A stretch of 63,994 nucleotides of DNA, the filler included, from an uncultured bacterium (GTDB lineage: Bacteria > Hinthialibacterota > Hinthialibacteria > Hinthialibacterales > Hinthialibacteraceae), in NCBI GenBank assembly GCA_964449065.1. It is 6 parts of 6 records of this genome, joined end to end, with 100 filler letters (N's around TTAATTAATTAA, not from the genome) between each part and the next. Parts side by side here need not be neighbours in the genome. Positions count along the whole stretch, not along the records: positions 22,709 to 33,795 come from CAYVAZ010000165.1; positions 33,896 to 44,843 come from CAYVAZ010000166.1; 4 more parts are not named here. One strand, given 5' to 3'. Each line of letters starts with the position of its first letter. Within the stretch, counting starts at the first letter, position 1. Below are positions 29,911 to 39,961 of this stretch, one piece after another. The notes under the pieces were generated by a model. It was given only the letters and a program-made list of their open reading frames with translations. It had not been told where the DNA came from and did no database searches. Made by a program: the position numbers and the translations under genes.

Positions 29911-32544
29911 ATGCTGAAATCCTTTTTAAAAACACTATCTTTGTTGACTCTGTTAAGTGCAGCGGTTCTAACACCTGCGTTTGGCGATGCAAATATCGTG
30001 TTGCAGCCCCAAAGCGGCGCCGTGAATGTTGGTGAACCGGTAGTATATGATATTTTATTGTCGACAGATGTGCCGGTGAGCGCGTATGAATTATTTGTTG
30101 ACTTCAGCGGCGTGGGTGTTTCAACGCCAACATTTTCAGCGTTAACGGAATGGCAAAATGCCAGCACGGCGGGCGCTCCGGTTGAAATCGCCCCATCCCT
30201 CAACGGCACCACAGTGAATATTCAAACCTCTCTTCTTGGTTCAGACGCAGCATTCTCCAGCGTGAACGGCTTGATGATCGGCCAATTGCAGGTTAATGCC
30301 GAAGCCGCCGGCACGCTAAGCGCTTCGGTCGGCAGTGCTAACTTCTACGCCGACGGCTTGTTAGAGCCCGAAGGCGCCGATGTGGGAACCTTGACCATCG
30401 CCGACATCTCCGATGTTACTGTTGAAGATAGCGGCGGTGGAGACATCGTACTCGGTGATGCCTCTGGAGATGGCGCTTTAAACATCGGTGATGCCTTATT
30501 TATTCAGCGTTTTTTGGCTGGCTTGTTACCATTGGGAAATGAAGAAGCCGCCGATATTACCCAAGACGGTGTTGTCAATATCGGTGACGTATTGTTTATT
30601 CAACGCGTTCTTGCCGGATTGATACCGAACCCGAATGATCCCTCAGGAAAAGTCGCTCCCAGCAACGTCGTTTCCTCGGATACTTCTTTTGATATCCATA
30701 ACGCAAAAGTGAGACCCTTTCAAAACGCGGGAGAAGTGACGCTTTTGCTTGCGAGTGCGGGCCCGTTCCAACAAGGCGATATGTTTGAAGCGATGTTGGT
30801 TTTTAATGTGGGAGATCAACCGCTGGGTGGTTATGACGTGCAAGTGGATTACAATTCGGATATCTTGGCTGTGAACGCTGCTCCAGGCGGTGGTACAACG
30901 CCGGAATTTGGGAATCCACCTGTTGCCAATATTACTCAGCCGGGTGTGATTCAAATGAACGCCACAAACAATGATCCGTCCGCATTTGACCGTCCGACAG
31001 GTGTGGTTGAAGTGGCAATCATTACGTTTGAAGTGATTGCAACACCTCAAGATTCAACACAAACCGATCTCATTATTCGTTCCGCGATTAGCGCATTAGA
31101 TTTTTCTACTATTGAATTAAGCCCGGTATCCACGACGATTCCGCTACAGGCACAACAGCCGCCGACACCGACGAACACACCAGTACCGCCAACACCAACG
31201 GAAACACCAACAAATACACCGGTTCCACCAACTAATACGCCGGAACCACCAACGGCTACCCCGGAACTGCCAACACCGACGAATACGCCGGAATCACCAA
31301 CGGCAACCCCTGTAGCGCCAACACCGACGAATACACCGGAATCACCAACGGCTACCCCGGAACTGCCAACACCGACGAATACACCGGAATCACCAACGGC
31401 AACCCCTGTAGCGCCAACACCGACGAATACACCGGAATCACCAACGGCAACCCCGGTAGCGCCAACACCGACGAACACGCCAGAATCACCAACGGCTACA
31501 CCGGAACCGCCAACACCGACCAATACTCCGGAAACACCGGAAGATACTCCAACGCCGGTACCGCCAACACCGACCAATACTCCGGAAACACCGGAAGATA
31601 CTCCAACGCCGGTACCACCAACACCGACGAATACACCGGAGACACCGGAAGATACTCCAACTCCGTTACCGCCTACACCAACACCAACGGAAGTGCCGCC
31701 AACACCAACCAGCACACCGTCACCGACTACACCTCCTATTATCGCGGTCACGGAAGATGAAGGTTTGATTGCCTTGAACGCCAATGGCTTGGTGCTTGAG
31801 CGCGGTACGTTAATCGGTACGGAAGTTGAAATCCCATCCGATGACCTGCCTGCGGTTGATTTAGAAATCGTAGGGGGCAATGCCGTGATCACTTCTATCA
31901 ACGGTTTGATCTCTCCCGAATCGGCTGTCTTGCCGGTTAGCGGAGGTCAAAATTTGGTTAACGGGTTTGTGATTGACTTAGAGCCGGTAGACGGCGGCAA
32001 CGGCTATTTGCTGCTTGACCGCTTCGGTCATGTCCAAACGTTCGGTACTGCCGCGTTTAACGGCGACCCGGACTTTGAGTTTGAACAGACCATTGATTTC
32101 CAAGGCCAGTCGATCACCAGCCGTGCTCCGGTTGCGGTTGATTTGGAAGTCCAAGGCGTCGGATTCTACATCCTGGCCCGCGATGGCTCAATCACCGGCT
32201 TCGGCGGCGTGCCCGCCCTGCCTCCGGTAAGTGACGCGGGTGTCGATTTCGGCAATACGGTCGCCTTCCAATTGGACGCGGACGGATACACCGCGATGAA
32301 CTCATTCGGCCAGATCATGAGTTGGAGCACCACGGGCGGATTCAGCACACCGACCGATTCAATCCGAACGATTAACAGCGCTCCTGTGGTTGACTTTATA
32401 GCAGACGGCGGCACCTTCTTTGTTATGAACGACGAAGGCAGTGTCTTCAATACCGCGGGCATCGAAGTATCGAATAACCCGGCGGACTTTGGCGGACGGA
32501 TCGGCAACCTAGGCTTCTTCGATCTGGAATTTGGCGATCTGTAA
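29911..32544 (+). CDS. Secreted cohesin-dockerin-cohesin protein with Pro/Thr linker and C-terminal repeat (propeller-like) domain
   Basis: Signal peptide; paired dockerin loops GDASGDGALNIGD / ADITQDGVVNIGD; cohesin pattern LGGYDVQVDYNSDIL...VAIITFEV; (PTPTNTPE)n; AVDLE..G(Y/F)..L..G repeats. Confidence 0.85.
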   Translation: MLKSFLKTLSLLTLLSAAVLTPAFGDANIVLQPQSGAVNVGEPVVYDILLSTDVPVSAYELFVDFSGVGVSTPTFSALTEWQNASTAGAPVEIAPSLNGTTVNIQTSLLGSDAAFSSVNGLMIGQLQVNAEAAGTLSASVGSANFYADGLLEPEGADVGTLTIADISDVTVEDSGGGDIVLGDASGDGALNIGDALFIQRFLAGLLPLGNEEAADITQDGVVNIGDVLFIQRVLAGLIPNPNDPSGKVAPSNVVSSDTSFDIHNAKVRPFQNAGEVTLLLASAGPFQQGDMFEAMLVFNVGDQPLGGYDVQVDYNSDILAVNAAPGGGTTPEFGNPPVANITQPGVIQMNATNNDPSAFDRPTGVVEVAIITFEVIATPQDSTQTDLIIRSAISALDFSTIELSPVSTTIPLQAQQPPTPTNTPVPPTPTETPTNTPVPPTNTPEPPTATPELPTPTNTPESPTATPVAPTPTNTPESPTATPELPTPTNTPESPTATPVAPTPTNTPESPTATPVAPTPTNTPESPTATPEPPTPTNTPETPEDTPTPVPPTPTNTPETPEDTPTPVPPTPTNTPETPEDTPTPLPPTPTPTEVPPTPTSTPSPTTPPIIAVTEDEGLIALNANGLVLERGTLIGTEVEIPSDDLPAVDLEIVGGNAVITSINGLISPESAVLPVSGGQNLVNGFVIDLEPVDGGNGYLLLDRFGHVQTFGTAAFNGDPDFEFEQTIDFQGQSITSRAPVAVDLEVQGVGFYILARDGSITGFGGVPALPPVSDAGVDFGNTVAFQLDADGYTAMNSFGQIMSWSTTGGFSTPTDSIRTINSAPVVDFIADGGTFFVMNDEGSVFNTAGIEVSNNPADFGGRIGNLGFFDLEFGDL
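31159..31737 (+). repeat. Coding tandem repeat (Pro/Thr/Glu linker, 51-60 nt units)
   Basis: CCAACACCGACGAATACACCGGAATCACCAACGGC repeated in frame. Confidence 0.9.
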
Positions 32545-32609
32545 TTGGAAAGAATGAACAAACGCATTGAAATGAAAGACAAACGAATTTAATAGACCTT
32601 TGGGGGTTC

Positions 32610-33737
32610 ATGAACATGGCTCGTTACTTAAAACAATTCTTGGCTCTTGGCATGACCGCGGCAGCGTTTCTGGCTCCAACCAATGTCAATGCCCAAGATG
32701 AATTCCGTGCTTTGTACGAACAGTTTTTATTTCATGAAGTCGGAGTGAACGCCCGTTCGGCGGCTATGGGGGGTGCCTACAGCGCCTTGCAAGGCGGCGA
32801 CATGGCGCTGTTAGGAAACCCGGCCAGCTTGGGCTTTTTGGAAGATCCCTACGCGGGCATTGACTTCTCACAAGTGGATTTGTCTGAAGACGGCTTGGTT
32901 TCCGGAGGGTTTTCCGACCCCGGAAGCTCGGTTTCGGAGTTTGAATCCGAGCAGTTCACCTTCGGCGGCGGTGTTGCCTACCCGTTTGAATGGGGTGGAT
33001 TATCCGCCTACTATAACTATCGTGACGATGAAGTGGATTCGGACAACGCGTTATTCCCCAGCGGCAATGCACGTACCCAACCCTCAGACTTGGAACGTCA
33101 CACAATTTCCGTTGCCGGTGGATACCGCATTCAAGATGTGTGGTCTATCGGTTACCGCTACAGTTACATCGACATTCAGCGGGATATCGACTTCAACCTA
33201 ACCCGCCCACGTCCGGGATTTAACGAATTTTCTGTCAGCCGTGATTCGGATGGACATAACAACCATGTTGGCCTGCAATATAAATACAGTGAAGACGTGA
33301 TATTCGGTTTGGACGGAACAATTGGCGTTGGCGAACGCGAGTTCGGCATCCGTGATGAAGATGAACTATCTTGGTCGATTCGCGGTGGTTTCGCCGCGAC
33401 TCCATTGCAGGATTATCCTCTTTTGATCGCGTTGGACATCAGCTATCAATCGCTGGAATTGGATCAAACCACGCAAGATGTTGAAGACGATATCCTTGGT
33501 GTGCATTTGGGCGCGGAGTATGAAGCGATGGATAATCTCTTCTTACGCGCCGGGTATCAGTTCAAAGACTTTGATTTTGAAGCCGCAGGGATCAGCGAAG
33601 ACCCCAGCGTTCACAGCATTTCCGCCGGGTTTGGTTATGAATACAATCAAGTCTCTCTCGATTACGGCTTTCGCTGGTCCGCTACAGGAGACGACGGCGA
33701 TATTTCGAACTTTGTGAGTGTCGGTTATAAATTTTAA
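32610..33737 (+). CDS. Outer-membrane beta-barrel, PorV/FadL-like
   Basis: Signal peptide; ARSAAMGGAY...GNPASLG motif; alternating strands; C-terminal VSVGYKF BAM signal. Confidence 0.82.
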   Translation: MNMARYLKQFLALGMTAAAFLAPTNVNAQDEFRALYEQFLFHEVGVNARSAAMGGAYSALQGGDMALLGNPASLGFLEDPYAGIDFSQVDLSEDGLVSGGFSDPGSSVSEFESEQFTFGGGVAYPFEWGGLSAYYNYRDDEVDSDNALFPSGNARTQPSDLERHTISVAGGYRIQDVWSIGYRYSYIDIQRDIDFNLTRPRPGFNEFSVSRDSDGHNNHVGLQYKYSEDVIFGLDGTIGVGEREFGIRDEDELSWSIRGGFAATPLQDYPLLIALDISYQSLELDQTTQDVEDDILGVHLGAEYEAMDNLFLRAGYQFKDFDFEAAGISEDPSVHSISAGFGYEYNQVSLDYGFRWSATGDDGDISNFVSVGYKF

Positions 33738-33765
33738 TTCCTGTTTTAATCGTGTATGCAATGCT

Positions 33766-33795
33766 AAAGGGCAGGTCAAAGACCTGCCCTTTTTG
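33766..33795 (+). terminator. Rho-independent terminator
   Basis: AAAGGGCAGGTC-aaa-GACCTGCCCTTTTT. Confidence 0.85.
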
Positions 33796-33895
33796 NNNNN
33801 NNNNNNNNNNNNNNNNNNNNNNNNNNNNNNNNNNNNNNNTTAATTAATTAANNNNNNNNNNNNNNNNNNNNNNNNNNNNNNNNNNNNNNNNNNNN
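33796..33895. other. Artificial contig linker 3
   Basis: N/TTAATTAATTAA/N. Confidence 0.97.
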
Positions 33896-34084
33896 CGGTT
33901 GGTGGATTGAGTGCTCATGATCGTATTCTCTTTCTTTGCTTAACGTTCTGTTATTGTTGTATCATAAATCTGCCTTCGTTAGAACCCTGAAATATTGACA
34001 ATAATATTGACAATCCTATACGGAATCGGCGACAATCCTAACACTAGGATTTTAATCACACCGATTGTATAAAGGGAGAGATCG

Positions 34085-35296
34085 ATGTTATGCAAGGCAT
34101 ATCACACTATCATCATGGCAGGAATGACACTCATCATGACAGCAAATGCTATGGCGTCCACTTTTGGAGATGATTTATCTTTTCTAAAAGAGTACACGAA
34201 CGCGTTTGTCTTGCAGGATGAATCCGGGAAAAAGCAAGTCGCAATCGTGCCGGAATACCAAGGCCGGGTGATGACCAGCACCGCCAACGGCGAAGACGGC
34301 ATCAGCTTCGGGTGGATTAACCGCGAATTAATCGCGTCCGGCATCTTTGTTTCGCATATCAACGCCTTTGGCGGAGAAGACCGCTTTTGGATGGGACCGG
34401 AAGGCGGACAGTTTTCCATCTTCTTCAAAAAGGGCGAACCTTTTACGTTAGACCATTGGCAAACCCCGCCGTTTATCGATACGGTTACATACCGGTTGAA
34501 GAACAAGACGGACACAAAAGCGGTGTTTGTTCACGAAGCATCGTTTTACAACGCATCCAATACCGGATTTGACGTTGAAATCGAACGCGAAATTTCACTG
34601 CTCAGCGACAAGGATGTGCAAACGCGTTTGGGGATGGATATTCCAAACGGCGTGAATTCTGTCGTCTATCAATCCAAGAACCGGGTGAAAAATACCGGAG
34701 ACAACGCTTGGTTAAAAGAGACAGGCCTGCTCTCGATTTGGATTTTGGGGATGTACAATCCATCGCCATTGGTTACGGTTGTCATTCCCTATCAAGAAGG
34801 GCCGGAAGACGAACTCGGCCCTATCGTGAACGATGCCTACTTCGGCAAAATTCCATCCGACCGGTTGGTCATTCAAGACGGGACCATTTACTTTAAGGGG
34901 GATGGACAACAGCGGGGCAAGATCGGATTAACCCCGCAGCGTGCCAAACCGGTTTTGGGCAGTTATGATGCCGAGAACAACATTCTCACCATTGTGCAAT
35001 ATACCAAACCGGAAGGTGAGACCGGTTATGTCAATTCGATGTGGGAAATGCAGGAAGAACCGTTTGCGGGTGATGTCGTCAATTCGTATAACGACGGCCC
35101 GCCCGAACCCGGCGCGAAACCGCTGGGGCCGTTTTACGAACTGGAAACCTCATCCCCGGCGGCAGCACTCAAACCGAATGAATCCATCACCCACATCCAA
35201 CGCACCTTTCATTTCACGGGAAGCGAAGAAGATTTGAACGGGATATCAAAATCCGTTTTGGGTGTCTCGATAGCAGAGATAAAGTCGGTGTTTTAA
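34085..35296 (+). CDS. Secreted conserved protein (DUF6786-like, galactose mutarotase-like fold)
   Basis: Signal peptide; QGRVMTS, GGEDRFWMGPEGGQFS and FYELETSSPA motifs. Confidence 0.7.
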   Translation: MLCKAYHTIIMAGMTLIMTANAMASTFGDDLSFLKEYTNAFVLQDESGKKQVAIVPEYQGRVMTSTANGEDGISFGWINRELIASGIFVSHINAFGGEDRFWMGPEGGQFSIFFKKGEPFTLDHWQTPPFIDTVTYRLKNKTDTKAVFVHEASFYNASNTGFDVEIEREISLLSDKDVQTRLGMDIPNGVNSVVYQSKNRVKNTGDNAWLKETGLLSIWILGMYNPSPLVTVVIPYQEGPEDELGPIVNDAYFGKIPSDRLVIQDGTIYFKGDGQQRGKIGLTPQRAKPVLGSYDAENNILTIVQYTKPEGETGYVNSMWEMQEEPFAGDVVNSYNDGPPEPGAKPLGPFYELETSSPAAALKPNESITHIQRTFHFTGSEEDLNGISKSVLGVSIAEIKSVF

Positions 35297-35321
35297 ATCG
35301 TGTGTTTATTGTAAACAAAAG

Positions 35322-35346
35322 GTAGGGGCACATTGAAATGTGCCCC
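35322..35346. repeat. GTAG-family REP hairpin between convergent genes
   Basis: GTAGGGGCACATTGAAATGTGCCCC. Confidence 0.6.
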
Positions 35347-35371
35347 GCTATAAAGGTTGTTTATTGAATTT

Positions 35372-35935
35372 CTATGGAAGCCGTTCTGGATTCAAGCCAT
35401 CCGCTGTTTCTCGCATCAAATCTCCGTTGCTGTTGAGTCCGTTTGTCAGATGAAACGAAAGAAATACTTGGCTGTTGGGGTAATCGGAAATTTGGATGGT
35501 GTCATCGTCTTGGTCAGGCCCCAAACTCACTAGCACCCAATTATCGGCCGGTGTTCCCCGCTCTACATTTTTTATCGGCACTCCTCTTACTACACCGTTA
35601 AATTCATAAAAACGGTGTCCGTTCACAAACAAATCTCGATGTTTGGGTTGAAATACATCGATCGGATTCGATGAAAAGTAAGCAATCGGGGTTGTCAAAC
35701 TCTTCCAGGCTTGAAACCAGCCAACCCCGTTGGTCCAATCGGGAATGGTTCCGTTATCCAACCGGTACATTTCAAACGCGGTATTGATGGCCTGGAATTC
35801 CGACTCAACCCGCGCGATTTTTGCCCGCAGCTGCGCGTTCAAAAAATTTGGAACGGCAATCGCCGCCAAAATCCCGATAATCGCGACAACAATCAGCAGT
35901 TCAATTAATGTAAAGCCTTTTCGTAATACTTTCAT
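35372..35935 (-). CDS. Prepilin/pseudopilin with N-terminal methylation motif (GspG-like)
   Basis: KGFTLIELLIVVAIIGILAAIAVPNF; SLGPDQ motif. Confidence 0.9.
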   Translation of the reverse strand: MKVLRKGFTLIELLIVVAIIGILAAIAVPNFLNAQLRAKIARVESEFQAINTAFEMYRLDNGTIPDWTNGVGWFQAWKSLTTPIAYFSSNPIDVFQPKHRDLFVNGHRFYEFNGVVRGVPIKNVERGTPADNWVLVSLGPDQDDDTIQISDYPNSQVFLSFHLTNGLNSNGDLMRETADGLNPERLP

Positions 35936-36024
35936 GATACTTCCTCCCCTATAAGTTATCTCTTATTTTACAGAATTTATTTGAAATATCTATAGCTTTC
36001 TATGCCGCGCCAAAAAATCTCCGG

Positions 36025-36200
36025 GTGAATGTTGTGGACAATCAGAATTGGATTTGGAGACCCGTAAGCGGTGAGAACGAAACGACGAACGGTAAGCGTC
36101 TGCGTGAGATGATCCCACATCTTCATTCACACAAGCGGCAATTGTTCTGCTATCTTAAACGGCAAGGCGAGCCGGTGACCACCCGGCGTCTTTGGAGAAC
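36025..36200 (+). pseudogene. Possible remnant of a DinB-like gene
   Basis: HLHSHKRQLFCYLKRQGEPVTTRRLW resembles the C-terminal HxxQL..YL motif of DinB superfamily proteins; no N-terminal part. Confidence 0.35.
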
Positions 36201-36312
36201 GCGGTTGCTTCCCATTTCATTTTTTCGTATTGCAAAACACGGATTGAACATTGCCACTTTTTGAAATCGAAATAGAGTATCTATAAATCTTAAATTCCAT
36301 GGAAAAGACAAA

Positions 36313-37437
36313 ATGGTATCGGTTCCTTTACTCGATTTAAAAGCGCAGTACCAATCCATTCAAGCGGAAATCAAACCCGCAATCGAACATGTACTGGATA
36401 GCCAGCGGTTTATCATGGGGCCTGAAGTGGAAGGGCTGGAAGCGGAAGTGGCAGCGTACTCAAACTGCGATTTCGGTATCGGGGTTTCCTCCGGCACGGA
36501 TGCTCTTTTAATTGCACTGATGGCTTTGGATATTCAGCCCGGCGATGAAGTGATTACCACACCCTACACATTTTTTTCAACCGCCGGTGTCATCCATCGG
36601 CTGAACGCGATACCGGTGTTTGCCGATATCGAACCCGATTCGTACAATATTGATCCCGCCCAAATCGAACGGAGGGTCACCTCCAAAACGAAAGCAATCA
36701 TCCCGGTTCATTTATACGGGCAATGCGCCGAAATGGACCCGATTCTGGAACTGGCGGCCAAACACAATCTGTTTGTTGTGGAAGATGCCGCGCAAGCCAT
36801 CGGTTCGGAATACAAAAGCAAGCGGGCCGGTGCGATGGGAACGCTGGGCTGTTTTTCCTTTTTCCCTTCCAAAAATCTCGGCGGTTTCGGTGATGGGGGG
36901 ATGGTTGTCACCAACGATGAAACCCTGTATCAAAAGGTGAAAAAGTTGCGCAACCACGGTGCCCAGCCCAAATACTATCACGCCATTGTCGGCGGCAACT
37001 TCAGGCTCGATGCATTGCAGGCGGCGGTCTTGCGGGTAAAGTTAAAGCACTTAGACGATTGGACGGCAGCGCGCCAGAAAAACGCGGACCGCTACCGTGA
37101 ACTCTTTGACGCGCAAGGCTTAACCGGCAACCCTGTTACACTGCCGGCCCTAAAACAGAACCGCCATATCTACAACCAGTTTGTGATTCATGTACCGCGT
37201 CGCGATGAATTGAAAACGTTTTTGCAGGAGAAGCAAATCGGGACGGAGATTTACTATCCGGTACCGATGCACTTGCAGGAATGCTTTGCCTATTTGAACT
37301 ATAAGGAAGGCGAACTCCCGCGCAGCGAAGACGCGGCAAAGTCCACGCTCGCCATTCCGGTCTACCCGGAACTGTCCGGCGGGCAGTTGGAATATGTTGT
37401 GGATAGCATCCAAGAGTTTTATAAGAAACACGGTTGA
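36313..37437 (+). CDS. DegT/DnrJ/EryC1/StrS aminotransferase
   Basis: VPLLDLKAQY, SSGTDAL, EDAAQAIG and SFFPSKNLGGFGDGG motifs. Confidence 0.95.
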   Translation: MVSVPLLDLKAQYQSIQAEIKPAIEHVLDSQRFIMGPEVEGLEAEVAAYSNCDFGIGVSSGTDALLIALMALDIQPGDEVITTPYTFFSTAGVIHRLNAIPVFADIEPDSYNIDPAQIERRVTSKTKAIIPVHLYGQCAEMDPILELAAKHNLFVVEDAAQAIGSEYKSKRAGAMGTLGCFSFFPSKNLGGFGDGGMVVTNDETLYQKVKKLRNHGAQPKYYHAIVGGNFRLDALQAAVLRVKLKHLDDWTAARQKNADRYRELFDAQGLTGNPVTLPALKQNRHIYNQFVIHVPRRDELKTFLQEKQIGTEIYYPVPMHLQECFAYLNYKEGELPRSEDAAKSTLAIPVYPELSGGQLEYVVDSIQEFYKKHG

Positions 37438-37460
37438 AACTCGAACGGCGGATACTCGGA

Positions 37461-39452
37461 TCAAGCAATTTCGAAGGATAAGTGCAGCCGGGATTTCAAA
37501 GCGTCCCGCGCGGCAACTCGAACATTCCGGTCGGGGTCTTGCAGGAAGGGCATGAGGGCGCGCAAATCTTCTTCCGATCCCTTGATGCCGATGCCGCGTA
37601 CCGCCATTTCGCGTACCGGCGCGCGCTTGTCGTTGGCGGCTTCGCGCAGCCGGTTGATTAAATGCGGAAGATCGGTTTCGCCCAATATCCACAAGCCGCT
37701 GGTTTTGGTCCATTCGTCCTCGCTGTCCAGCATCTCGAGAATGTTGGATTCGTATTCTTCCAATCCCCAATTGATCAGCTTCGCTAACGCGTTGGCCCGT
37801 TCGCGAAGGTGTTTAGAATTGGCGAATTTTTTAGCCATATCCACTTTAGCGTCTTCCGGTTTTTCTTCGGCCAGCAATTCTACCGCGTTGGCGCGAACAC
37901 GCGGGTCTTCATCTTCAAAAAAAGGCTTAATATAAGTAAACCGTTCGTCATCGTCTTTGATTCGCCCAAAACCGGTAACGGCCTGGGCACGGACTTTGGG
38001 ATTGTCGTCTTTGGTCATTTTTTGATAGACCGGCAAGGCCTCTGTCAGCTGATCCGAATCAATAATTTTCAGGTACTTTATCCGGTCCGACTCTTCGGCG
38101 GAATCGCCCAAGTACGCAATATCTTGAAAGAACGTAGGCTTCATCTTACACAATTGATTCACGATGCTTTTGCGTCTGGCTTTGCTGAATTTATCGAAAT
38201 CGCGCAGCAAAAATTCTTTGGAGATCTTAAACATGGTCCCCAGTACGCCTTTACGAACCTGCTTTTTCTTGCTTCGGATCAGGTGGGAAATTTTGCCGAG
38301 GATGGATAAATCTCCCTTTTTCTGTAAATAGCGTAATGTAGCCAACAGCAATTGTTCATCCGAATCGGTTAAGAATTCAAATACTTCGTTGCGCAGGCCG
38401 ACCGTTTCACTTTCGCCAAGTATTTTCAAAACCCGGATCCGGATTTTGGCGTCATCCAATTCCAAACAGCGCAGTAGAAAGTTTAGGTTTTGTTCCGCGC
38501 CGACCGCTTCCAGTAAATCGAACAACACAATGCGTTCGTTCGGATTCATGTTCTTGATGAGGCCTTGCAACTCGACCAGTATGCGGTAGTGCTGTAGTAC
38601 TTGGGCCACTTTGACGAACTCTTCAGGATCCAATTTCTGCAAAGCCTGTAAATGAAAATTAACATTGTCGCCGCTGTTGCGGATGGCTATGCTTAAAAAG
38701 TTGGTAATGCGCTCCAGTATCTGCTCATTCGGCTGTAGCAAGCCGCGGTACATTACACCCAGCGAACCTTCTTTTTGATAACGAATAAATTCATCGTGCA
38801 AGGCCGTGTATTGGGGCAGTTCTAAATCCATATACATGTCCCAAAACATGGTTTCATCGATAGGGGCGAGTTTAAACAAAAATTGCAGCGCTTGAAAACG
38901 CGGGGACCGTTTGGAAAGATACAGCGGTTGGTACAACGCCTGCATGGCATCCTGCACTTCTTCGCGGGGCAATTGTCCCTTGGTCTTCCGCAATTTGGCG
39001 TTCTCGATTAAACGCAGCATACTGCGTTTGGTTTCATCCACTACATTGGTGTGGTAATCCTCAAGACCTGCTATCATCATCCGGACCACATCCAGACGGC
39101 CAAAGCGGGCGATCATACGAATAACCCCAACCCGAACTTGCCACATCGGGCAGGACAATTCTTCCATCAGCAAATCAAAGGGAATATCTTGATGATCAAG
39201 TATTTCCCATGCCCGTTCGCGCATTTCGGGATTCTCGGAAGCGAGAGTCCAAAGCAGGAGACGGATGTTCCACTGGTTTTGTTTAGGCGTAGAGATAGAA
39301 TCTAGGGCTTCCCACCGCTTTTCTTCCCCATATTTTCCAAATAAGGTTTGCGAAATCCGGTCCGGCTTTCCCTTTAATTCAAACGGAAGATTATTTTTTT
39401 CCTTTAAAAATGGGATTCTCAAAGATGTCTCCTCAATAATATGAAAGAGCAA
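37461..39452 (-). CDS. HEAT-repeat protein
   Basis: Repeated DxxxRVRAxA helical units; start uncertain. Confidence 0.85.
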   Translation of the reverse strand: MLFHIIEETSLRIPFLKEKNNLPFELKGKPDRISQTLFGKYGEEKRWEALDSISTPKQNQWNIRLLLWTLASENPEMRERAWEILDHQDIPFDLLMEELSCPMWQVRVGVIRMIARFGRLDVVRMMIAGLEDYHTNVVDETKRSMLRLIENAKLRKTKGQLPREEVQDAMQALYQPLYLSKRSPRFQALQFLFKLAPIDETMFWDMYMDLELPQYTALHDEFIRYQKEGSLGVMYRGLLQPNEQILERITNFLSIAIRNSGDNVNFHLQALQKLDPEEFVKVAQVLQHYRILVELQGLIKNMNPNERIVLFDLLEAVGAEQNLNFLLRCLELDDAKIRIRVLKILGESETVGLRNEVFEFLTDSDEQLLLATLRYLQKKGDLSILGKISHLIRSKKKQVRKGVLGTMFKISKEFLLRDFDKFSKARRKSIVNQLCKMKPTFFQDIAYLGDSAEESDRIKYLKIIDSDQLTEALPVYQKMTKDDNPKVRAQAVTGFGRIKDDDERFTYIKPFFEDEDPRVRANAVELLAEEKPEDAKVDMAKKFANSKHLRERANALAKLINWGLEEYESNILEMLDSEDEWTKTSGLWILGETDLPHLINRLREAANDKRAPVREMAVRGIGIKGSEEDLRALMPFLQDPDRNVRVAARDALKSRLHLSFEIA

Positions 39453-39961
39453 AACCCACTCGAAAAATCAATTGTTTCAATTTAAAAAACATACCCTTAA
39501 ACAAATTCCAGTCAGGATACAATAAAATTATAACCTTATACAAAATTTTACTGTATACCTCAGAATTTTACAGTTACGCAACATAGCAAAGCATTGTCAA
39601 GCAAAAAACGTGCTTAGAATTAAAGCCCTATATAAGTATCGGCCACGGATTGGATATTATTAAAATATGTTAACAGTTTCAAGTTAACCATTTGAATGAA
39701 TTCTACTACTTACCATTCGAATTCCCGAATAAACGTAGCGTTAAGCTTCCGAGATTGGAAGACGTAGCGATTTTAAACCCAAGACTTCAAAATTGCTTCG
39801 GTATTAAAGATCGTTTTTTTATTTTGAAAAGCAATTTTATAAAAGATTATCAATATTTTCAATTTGAATAACGTGATTTTATATTTTTTATCGACATACA
39901 GGGTTTCATTAATGCACAAATCTTTACATCTATACGATAAATCTCCTTCAAAATGTCACAC

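Noticed and set aside
31159..31737. Regular repeats resembling a CRISPR array
   Set aside because: In-frame Pro/Thr linker codons; no unique spacers and no cas genes
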